DNA of 64,000 bases from Podarcis melisellensis (Eukaryota): the NCBI GenBank assembly GCA_964234715.1, contig OZ174275.1. One strand, given 5' to 3'. A program made the position numbers and the translations under genes. Under the pieces are notes generated by a model that did no database searches, was not told where the DNA came from, and worked only from the letters and a program-made list of their open reading frames with translations. Within the stretch, counting starts at the first letter, position 1; each line of letters opens with the position of its first letter. Below are positions 24,810 through 34,800 of the stretch, piece after piece.

Positions 24810-27800
24810 TATAGCATGGTATTTTTCTGAAACTGATGTAGAACTACAGAAAGTGCCCCCTCTAGTGATCAGTGAATATCGCGTTTGCAAGCAGTGCCTT
24901 TTACATAAACTATGGAAAAGAAGGTTTCGTGCTTTTTTTAATCTAACAGATATTTGGGGATATTCTGTTTGAGCTTGCTTATAAATGAAGTCATTAATCA
25001 GAGGCCTTACTTCACCACATGACTCCATCCTTATGATTGCATTGTCTAGAAACTGAATCTGAAACTGACAACAGGGAGTTGCTGTGTCTATTTCTTACTA
25101 CAGCTGCTGACATTCCAAGATACAGGTGGCCTAGTCACAGTAATGCATTATAATACAACTTAGAAGTTGCACAATCTACTTGAAATCTTTCTGTGTATGA
25201 CTTGCATGAACTGATGTAAAAGCTTTCTTTTATCTTTAAGCAACCAAGTAGTGGGCTGATTTCTTTGTACACATGGAAAATGGAATACAGACATAACTGC
25301 AGTCTTGATGTTTCACCCCCAGTGGGGAAGTTTCCCTCATTTCACAGTTCAACCGAAAAGTCTTTTGGCAGCTAAAATGTAAACAATTGTGTAGTAATTA
25401 TTTCCTTCTTACAACAGCTCTGAGACATCAAACACTTAATTCTATGAATCAGTTCACATTTTGATGCCTTCAGCAGTTTATAAATATATAGATGGCTTTT
25501 CCAGAGAAGCAATCAAGCTGTTTGTCAAAAGATTTTTGATTACCAAAAGAATTTTACAGTTTGACTTTGCTGGCTGTTTAATTTTCAACCATCTTTGTAT
25601 TTGAACTTCTCGGCATTGGCTTGGGTCCAAAGAACACGTGGGCTAGTTTGCCACTCGCAACGAAGCCTTTTGACTTGTGTGCCTCAGACAGCAGGCCCCA
25701 AGCTACTCCGCAAACTGAAAAATAGTTTGTGATATGTAACAGGGAGGCTGCTAATAAAAGTCAAAAATCCAAGTTGTTGGATGGCATCAAAAGTGGCTCT
25801 TTACCTTTTGTCAAGGTAAAATTTAGTATTAATTTCATTAAAATTATATAAATTTATTGAAAGTATATTTAGATATCAGCCACAATTTGTGCTTCATTTT
25901 AAAAGTGAGAATATCAAATTTGGTATATGATACATTGCTAAAGCTTTAGAAATATATTAAGAAACCTATAGATAAAATTAAGAATATGAAGCACTTCTAG
26001 GTGTGTTTGTTTATTTTAATTGGCTTCGCTGTGGGGATAAAGTCTGTCAGGCGATTGTTCTGTCAGCGCAAGCTTTTTTGATTTGCCAGGTCGAATGATC
26101 TCTCCTCTTACTCTCCCCCCTCCCCCAATCTTGCTATTCTGGAAGGCTTCTCCTGAACCTGTCCCCGTCACCTAAGCCAATTTGTGGGAGGTGCAGGGTA
26201 GAGAAGAGGGAGGGAAATCTCTGTTGCACAAGCAGAAGTCCTTTCACAGGGCTTTTGCTGATGGGTATTATTAGCTGAATCCTATCTGTGTAGTTTCTGC
26301 CCATCTCACGACAGATTCATAAGTTGAGCAAGGCTTGCTACGCACCTGAGATACATTGGGGCAGCAACTAAGCATCAGAGAAGATAATCCAAAGAACACT
26401 TTCTTTCATCCTGATTTTAGGGATATGGTTTCTGAACATGACAATATATTGAACTTCTTAAGAACGGTGAAAAGCTCCTCCAGTGCCTTTGGGAAAGCGT
26501 CTTTTCTCATTTCTTGCCCAAATCAGGCAGTGTTAAATCAGCCTAAAATATATTTCTTCTGCTCAGTATGAAGATCCAATTACTTTTGTGTTAGTAAAAC
26601 CTAACCTTGTGCTTAAACCGCTGATGATGTCTAGCTGTTACAAGTGTTCTGGGAAGAAACTTTCAGAATTGTACACTTCAAGCAGTTTATATTCTCTCCT
26701 AATACATGCAAACATGTAGGACCCTGATTTCTTGATGTCCTACCCACTGAATAATGAATATGATCACCCCTACTGATTGATTTCAATCTTGAGCATGTTT
26801 TCATTTTTCTTTAATAATTCATTTAGAAGATACAGTAATCCCAAATATGGAGTTACGCTTGGCTGTTCACTGCTGGCTATCTACTTCCAGAAATAGATAT
26901 CCAGCAATATAGTTTTGTATAAATTATTCTTGATAAATAGAAAGCAATACAACTGACGAAGATAGCTATCTGTTAAATGGAACAAAGTAATCTGATAACC
27001 ATATCAGAAGGACAAAATGTCTAGTGAGATTGCAATCTTCAGTTCCTACTCAGCTGCACCAGCAAAGACATTTTTTTAATAACCTGATACCAATCTGAAG
27101 CCCGCTTCTAATATGCATAAACTTTTTTGTTCTACCAAATAATTAATATAGACCTAATCCCTCTTATCTGATTGATGTTGGAGCAGTAAAATGGTGATTA
27201 CTCAGTGCCTTATTACTGACCTGCATTTAAATTGCTTTGATAAGCATACTTTGATCAAAGAATAGAGACTTGGGATTTTGAGTGTATTTAAAAACTAGCA
27301 TACTTTAAAGTATGACTATTATTTTAGTATGCTACTGATATTCTTACCGTGTTGTTCTAAAAATAATAATTAAAACAAAAAGCACAGTAAGTCAATTGCA
27401 GTATTTCTATTGCTATTGCATGCACGGGAGAAATATTTGTATATCGAGAAAACGAGTCCGTAACAGGATTATAGTGAAAGTCCAGCAACATTAAATAATC
27501 AAGCTGTTTCATATCAGTACTAAAAGCATGGACATTCAAACAGTCCAGCAATTTAATGACATTTAGTAGGATAGATAATAAAGGATTTAAGCAAGTACTA
27601 ATCCAGTCTACAAACAAATTAAATTGGTGCACAATATTTTAGATTCAGTGAGGAAAGTGTATGTAAATAAAATTATACCCAAGTACTCTTCTGGCGCATA
27701 ATATGTCTATAGACCAGGTCACTATCATATTGTTTTGTTTTATGTTTATTAAGCAAATGGCTTGTAAAGGGTTCTTCAAAATATACATGATTTTCCTGGA

Positions 27801-28991
27801 GAAAACAGATCATGATTATTGAGTCATAAAGAAGTAGACTCAGTTTTCTGCACTGCCATTCCTCATTTATACAAGGCAGCTTAAAAAAACAACAGCTTCA
27901 TGCAGAAAAGGTCAAGCAATGGGAAGTATCCATCAAAGTATTTCCATTAGCAAAAGGATTTCTAGCTGTGCAACAGAACAATCCCCTCTTTCCTCTCCCT
28001 GCATGCCCCCTAAATGCATTCTGGGGTTCCCGCCAACCCTCTGGAGCAGATTTAGAGAAGGCCTGGGAGACCCATGGGGAGAGGAGAGAGAATGCAAACT
28101 CCTTTACACAAATGGAAATCCTTGCAATAACAGAATTACTCATTGGAAACCAACCAATAAAAGCCAGCCAAAAAAGTTTTTTTTTATTTTTTAAAAAACT
28201 GCACCATAAATCAGAATAAAAATCAGACTACATAGCCAGGGAGACATGCAATAAATCCAACCTCTAAAGGAGGGATGTGGGAATCTCAGGTCCATGTCTA
28301 TCTCAAGGTCAAAGATGAATTGAATTAGTCAGCAATTGCAAAATAAAACATCACATGGGACAAGAACAAGAAACTGCAGCAGTATATTCATTATATTGTC
28401 ATTAAAATTGTGAGCCTTTAATCTTATCTGTAAGTGCTGTATATACTACTTGTCTTTAAGACATTAAAAGGTTTATACTCCTTTTTGACAAAGCTATTCC
28501 CTGTGAGAAATGAAACAACAAAAAATTAAAATAATGCACACACACCTTTTGCATGAATATACATTTCAGTATAAGTGTCAAAAGCAATACTTCCTTATTT
28601 GAAAAGCTGTTTGTTGCTGAAGAAACAAAAGTACGCATTTGAAATATACTCTTCCATGTGCAAAAATACTCGTGAACAGTCTCAAACCTCTTTGGATCCA
28701 GTCATGGTAAATGCATCAGGTTCTTGGGGCCTTCTCTGATGCATCAGAGCAGTATGAGCAAACTGGATTTTGTACTTGCAATACACCCACAAACTCAAGT
28801 CTAGTGCAGGTAGTTTGGTACCCTGGCTTTGGGTGATGGGAGTTATAGTCCAAACATCGGGAGGGCACCAGGTTGAAGAAGTCTCTGCTGGAAGTAGGAT
28901 TAGGCTTTTTGTAGGAGAATAACCACACTGCTTGCTGTTCAGCGGCCAGGACTCTGGTTACTTTATTTTGAAGTTGCCTAAAATAGGTTTT

Positions 28992-29354
28992 GGGACGCGG
29001 GTGACGCTGTGGGTAAAAGCCTCAGCGCCTAGGGCTTGCCGATCGAAAGGTCGGCGGTTCGAATCCCCACGGCGGGGTGCGCTCCCGTTGCTCGGTCCCA
29101 GTGCCTGCCAACCTAGCAGTTCGAAAGCACCCTCGGGTGCAAGTAGATAAATAGGGACCGCTTTCTAGCAGGAAGGTAAACGGCATTTCTGTGTGCAGCT
29201 CTGGCTCGCCAGAGCAGCGATGTCACGCTGGCCATGTGACCCGGAAGTGTCTTCGGACAGCGCTGGCCCCCTCGCCTCTTGAGTGAGATGGGCGCACAAC
29301 CCCAGAGTCTGGCAAGACTGGCCCGTACGGGCAGGGGTACCTTTACCTTTACCT
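28992..29354 (+). mobile_element. Sauria SINE, full length
   Basis: GGGACGCGGGTG head, GGTTCGAATCC B-box, (ACCTTT)n tail; TSD TAAAATAGGTT (28979-28989 / 29355-29365). Confidence 0.94.
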
Positions 29355-29535
29355 TAAAATAGGTTGAGGTCATTCTTGCAACAGGGGTGTGAGGAACAGG
29401 AATCTAGGTTTAAATATGTTGAGGCACGCTTGTCATGATTTATTGGAAACTGTCAGGTCTGTAAACAAGCCTGTTTGCAGTGATAGAAACCCTTCTGTAT
29501 GCTTAAACATGGATTTCTTTGCGTTATGTGTACAG

Positions 29536-29666
29536 TGACGAACAAGAAACCTGCACAAGCATCTATTACAAAAGTCAAACAGTTTGGAGGTTCCACATCT
29601 TTTGTCCGAAGGTCGCAGTGGGCGCTTGAACAACTTCGCCAGGTTAACGGAATAGACCCTCATAAG
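29536..29666 (+). CDS. STXBP6: STXBP6/amisyn internal coding exon (PH-like domain), 131 nt
   Basis: AG/GT boundaries; encodes (V)TNKKPAQASITKVKQFGGSTSFVRRSQWALEQLRQVNGIDPHK, matching amisyn. Confidence 0.96.
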
Positions 29667-30215
29667 GTGAGTAGTGACTCGTTCCCATTTAGTGATATTC
29701 TGTTTGTGTGATGCTTCATATCTTTTATTCTTCCTGTTTTCCGAAAGAAAAATTCACCCATTTGATATTTTTTTTAAAAAGAAAACCATGTCTTGTCTTG
29801 GATGCTCTTTAAGTGCAGCCGTTTAGGACCTTAGGTATCGATTCCAAATGCTTTGATTTCCTTCGTAAACCTTTCTAGATTTCATCACTTTTCTGTTTGT
29901 TCACCTCTGCTATTTTAGGAAAAAGAAGTGTTTGGAATCCCAGTGTGTGTGAATGAACTTATCCTTACCTTGTAGGCTTTCATGTTCTCTGCTGCTGCTA
30001 ACTTCCTCTTGTAATAATCTGAACCACTATTTTGCCCCAGTGTTGCATTGGGAATTTAATTCATATATCCAGGCAAGAAAACTTGTCCTCTTAACTAAAC
30101 ATATATCTTTATGGTAAATAATGCTAGAAGCAGTCCAAAATAATTAAAAACTATAGATTTCAGCAAGGTGTACCATTTTCAACCCTCATTCTTCCTGCTG
30201 TCTCTTTTCTTTCTA

Positions 30216-30435
30216 CAGTGGTACCTTGGTTTACAACCATAATCTGTTCTGGAGGTCCGTTTGTAAACCAAAAAAGGTTGTAACCCAAGGTGCACTTTCG
30301 CCAATGTGGCCTCCAAAAAATATTTGTTTGTAATCCCAAAAAAGGTTACAAACCGGGACACGCACTTCCAGGTTTGACGTGTTTGTAATCCAAAACGTAT
30401 GCAAACCAAGACGTATGCAAACCAAGGTACCACTG
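30216..30435. mobile_element. Tc1/mariner MITE
   Basis: TA|CAGTGGTACCTTGGTTT ... AAACCAAGGTACCACTG|TA. Confidence 0.88.
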
Positions 30436-30746
30436 TACATGGGAGACAAAATGATGTTTGACTCCATGCGTACTAGAGAGTGATGATCCTGCTGATAGCA
30501 TGCTAGAGGCACAGATAGGACCATCTACCTGCTGCTTCAAAGCAGCACTGGCCCAATGGATCACGCTACTGTAGCTTGACAAATGGCCATCTCAGAACCA
30601 GATTGATCCAGTGTGATCCTGGAATCCTGGTTTGCTTCTGGCTAAGGTTCGTTCTTGGCTTTAGCATTCATGGCTTGTTTGGAGAAAACAAACGAAAAGT
30701 CAGGTTTACACTCTAAATCAGACTCTGGCTCATTTCATCCCCTGTA

Positions 30747-30954
30747 CAGTAGTACCTCGGGTTACAGACACTTCAGGTTACGTGTTTTCGGGTTGCGCAC
30801 CGCGCCAAACCCGGGAGTACCGGAACGGGTTACTTCCTGGTTTCGGTGCATGTGCAGGAGCGCCAAATCGTGACCCGCGTATGTGCAGACGTGACACTGT
30901 GAGTTGAGAACGTGCCTCCCGCACGGATAACGTTCACAACCCAAGGTTCCACTG
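30747..30954. mobile_element. Tc1/mariner MITE
   Basis: TA|CAGTAGTACCTCGGGTT ... AACCCAAGGTTCCACTG|TA. Confidence 0.85.
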
Positions 30955-31384
30955 TACATCGCAATCAAGAGTAGGGAAAGAGCAAAGCACTTGTGAGCAT
31001 TATTTTTATTCCATACGATTTATATACCATTTTATTGTTAAACTGTGGTTTAATCAGGGGTTTGTTTGTTTTTTTCAAAATATGGCTTAACTGTAGGTGT
31101 GAACTGGTGTTTGACTCTTCGTATTAAATGGGAGTGGAGTTAGCCAGGTTAAACAACCTCATGACATCTGTTGCTGAATTTCCTTTAGCAATTTTGATGA
31201 CTTTTGTAGTAGTTCTAGTCATGATATTCTACATTATAATATGGAATTGCATGCATGACATACATTTTCAAAAGTTACAAGAAGTTGGGCTATATAAAAT
31301 CAGTGTACATCATTTTCTTTAACATTTGCTTTGGGTTTTTTTAAAATATCATTTCTCCTGTAATTCTAATATTATTCCTTCTAG

Positions 31385-31550
31385 GATTCCCCAGAATTTG
31401 ATTTACTATTTGAAAATGCTTTTGACCAATGGGTAGCAAGCACAGCCTCTGAAAAATGTACATTCTTTCAAATTCTCCATCATACCTGTCAGCGGTACCT
31501 TACAGACAAAAAGCCAGAATTTATTAATTGCCAGTCTAAAATTATTGGAG
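31385..31550 (+). CDS. STXBP6: STXBP6 coding exon, 166 nt
   Basis: TAG|GAT...GGAG|GTAAG; encodes DSPEFDLLFENAFDQWVASTASEKCTFFQILHHTCQRYLTDKKPEFINCQSKIIG, in frame with the previous exon. Confidence 0.97.
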
Positions 31551-32469
31551 GTAAGTCTTTGTGTTTTGATTTGAATGGGTGGCTCAGCTCATTTCAGATC
31601 ATTATACTAATGAATTCTTCTAATGTGTTATGCCTAAAAATCTGCAGTGGCTGAGGCAATCCATCTGGGTTTCAGTGATAGTTGTAAATATAGCCGTTTA
31701 CATGAAATTATCAAAATCTGAACCAAATAAAAGCTTTTATAAATTGATCTGATGGGTCTTAAGCCTAGATTTCCCAGATTTCTAGCTACTTGCATGTAGT
31801 ACCTCTTGTTTCAAAACTGCAATTTACCTTGGAAGAAATATTTCCTATATAATTATTTCTTTCCTGGCTTTAATCTGTGGTGCTTTAGTGCATGAGGATA
31901 CTGCCTCCAGTTCGTGTCTTACTTCTTCCAGATATTGATTTAAAAGGCTGAAAATTTAATTCCTTTCTCTGCTGATTTTGTTCTTTCCCATTTAGCAAAC
32001 ATTGATTTTGCCAGTGTTTCTTAAAGAGCTAAATTAGAATAGGTGTTGTCGAACAATAGCCACTTTCATTTATGCACTGCTTTATTATGCCAAAACATCT
32101 TCGTTTATGTACCAGCCTTATTGATGTCAGCAGAGCATGCAAGTGCAGCTGTGCATGTTGTTGCTTCAGATAACAAAAATCTGTGTGTTACTCTCCCAGG
32201 GTTTGTGATAGATGTGTTCCAATATCTTCTGGTTGTTTCCAATGAAATCCCTTGTAGTCAGATTTGCTAGCTGTTAACTGATTGAATTGGCCATTGAAGT
32301 CTTTAAAGCAGCTGGAGAAGAACATGCCACCCATAAACTTCTGCACCAAGTTTACTTTTTATTTGCTATATCCTGGTCACCAAAGAGAATCTGGCAGCAC
32401 AATTGAAAACTGCTCCAGAGCTGCTTGTCATTTAAGATCAACTGAACTTCAGAGATCCAAAATGACATA

Positions 32470-32639
32470 CAGTCATACCTCGGGTTGAAGTAGCTTTAGG
32501 TTGAGCGTTTTCAGGTTGCGTTTTGGCAACCTGGAAGTAACAGACGCTCAAAATGACATGCGCAGACGCAGGTTGCGTTCTGCTCAAGATGCAAATGGGG
32601 CTCTGGAACGGATCCCGTTCGCATCCAGAGGTACCTCCG
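32470..32639. mobile_element. Tc1/mariner MITE, degenerate
   Basis: TA|CAGTCATACCTC ... GAGGTACCTCCG|TA. Confidence 0.7.
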
Positions 32640-32916
32640 TACTTGGTAATGCATTATATAGTTTAATTTTTCTTGTTGAAGGTATGGTGGTAAAGAAAGA
32701 TGTAAATTGACTAAGTAAATTTTATGTGAAAATAGTTTTGGAAAACTGCTATAATGGAGTATATGGAAACTCAGCTAGGAGGTTTCGAGGAAGTCATTTA
32801 ACAATGTTAACAAAAGTGGAATCATTATAGCAAGGATAAATGTTTGTTTGCTTGCTTTTGGTGTTTTTTGTTTGTTATAAATTGGAAAACTAATTAAAAA
32901 AATGGGGGGGGAGGTA

Positions 32917-33126
32917 CAGTGGTACCTCGGTTTTCAAATGCCTCCATAGTCGAACATTTTGGAACTTGAACCACGAAAACCCGGAAGTAAATGTCTCGGC
33001 TTTTGAACATGCCTTCAAAGTCGAACAGGAAATGTGGCTTCCGTTTTGAGGCTTCCACTTTCAGTGTTCAGTTTTCGAACGTTTCAGTACTTGAACGGAT
33101 TACATTCAAGAACCGAGGTACCACTG
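32917..33126. mobile_element. Tc1/mariner MITE
   Basis: TA|CAGTGGTACCTCGGTT ... AACCGAGGTACCACTG|TA. Confidence 0.88.
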
Positions 33127-33763
33127 TATTATCAGTAGGAAATGCTTCTTTAAATCCATGTGACCAGAAAAATTAGGAATATTTGGTGGTGGTGGTACTG
33201 CTATGGTTAGCCTATTATTCATGGTCATTTTTGTACTCAAGTTCTTTGTTAAAGAACTTCTTAATGCTTATCTCTAGAATTGTGGGAAGCAAAGGGAAAG
33301 GATGATTGATGATTGGCTTCCTGGGTTTCACTTGATGCCAACTATCCAGAGCAAGTACTAGATCCACCAGAGGTCTAGTGCCCTTCATGCCTTCTTCCTT
33401 GCTCAAGTGAAAGGCCATGGGCACAAATACACGCTGGAGCTTCAAACACGAGGAAGTAGCATTGGCATCTACGTTGAGAAATTAGCCTTTAGTGACATCA
33501 TTCTGGAGCAGGATCTTTTGTGCCTCCTCATTTCCTCTTAGCAATGCTTTTGGCATGTAACATAATATGGGCAATATCAGTTCCAGAACTGCAATGCATA
33601 CTTCTTAAACATGGTCTTTTGTTCTTTTCCATAATATTACATTAGATTAAGTGGAAAGTTGATAAAGAAATGGGAGGGAATGGTAATAAATGGGTGATAA
33701 AAGGGGTGGTAGAATGTGTAGGGAGGTTTTGGCTTTATTTTTGTATTTTGATGTCAGAAATTA

Positions 33764-34473
33764 TGTTGAAAGCTGAGGCACAGGGATTTGCCCTTTAACT
33801 TGTACTGAGAAGACAGAATTCATTCAGTTTTTCTGCTCTCTATAGTATCCTCCTCTAGCACATAGCTGAGTCCCTTATCACCCAGAGTTCCAGCTGCTTC
33901 TCTAGCCAGTAGGTGATGTGATGGACAGACCTGGGGGTCATCCTCCTGGAGACCCTGTAGCCAATCATGGCAGAGTGGTAAAACAACAAATCAGGAATGG
34001 GTAGAGAGTAAAAAGGTAGAATTTGACAGTTTAAAGGGCCAATGGTGCCTGGCTAGAGAAGCAACTGGGAGGTTAGAGGTTTGTTAGATTTAACTCGGGA
34101 AAGGAAGAGATCATTGAATGGGGCTAGAAATAGGGTTTTTTTTAGAAAGAATTTGATTTATTGGAAATAAGTAAAGTTATTAATTGCATCAGTATAACTA
34201 AGTACTGTACTAGCAAAACCACTAAGCTTTATAGTACTTTACAGTTTTGTTCCCATCATGCCCTCATCTTTATTTTTTCCCCAGTTCAGGAAATAAATGG
34301 TCATAGGACACCCACAACAATAAGAGTCCTTGTTGCTGAATTGTAGTAAACAGTTCCACAGGCACAGAATCTCTTAATTTAGATTTGTTTCTGATAGGGA
34401 TTGTCTTAAATTTAAACCATTCAGGCCCAGTAACGTAACCTTGCTCCCTCCTTTACTAAGGGAGCTTGCCACA
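33764..34473 (+). mobile_element. Probable solo LTR (710 bp)
   Basis: TGTTG...CCACA termini; 4-bp flanks ATTA/GTTA; CCAAT boxes, TTTAAAG TATA-like element and AATAAA at 34292-34297, in U3-R-U5 order. Confidence 0.5.
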
Positions 34474-34639
34474 GTTAGCCTTCTTGATTTTAGCAATGTG
34501 CTCCTCAAATGCTTTTTTAGTGTCCCTTATTGTATGATTGCACATATTTTGCCTAGAAATGGTATGCATGTGCAGTTAGATTGTTTTTAAATTAGGAAAT
34601 GAGAAGGCAGTCTTCTTATTTAATCAGCCATTACCTGAT

Positions 34640-34800
34640 GTGTAGACCTTTGGAAACCATCCCGGTGCACATATTGATTTACTGAGTGGCCCTGGCAAAG
34701 CCACAGTTTGTCAGCCTCTACTCACTATCTGCAATAGGGATGTTATGACTTATGATATAAAGCACTTGACAAATTGAAGTGCTATATAAATCCCTAAATA
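34640..34800 (+). mobile_element. MIR/CORE-like SINE remnant
   Basis: GAGTGGCCCTGGCAAAG...CAGCCTC...ATCTGCAATAGGG...AAAGCACTTG...AAGTGCTATATAAA; similar remnants near 7745 and 40455. Confidence 0.45.

Noticed and set aside
24853-24868. CTCF site (TCACTAGAGGGGGCAC on the minus strand)
   Set aside because: Mismatches at two high-information core positions and no other support.
28992-29080. tRNA gene
   Set aside because: The A/B boxes belong to the tRNA-derived head of a Sauria SINE with body, tail and TSD.
1-29535. STXBP6 first coding exon (MSAKSAISKEIF...)
   Set aside because: No matching sequence seen; it presumably lies upstream of the window.
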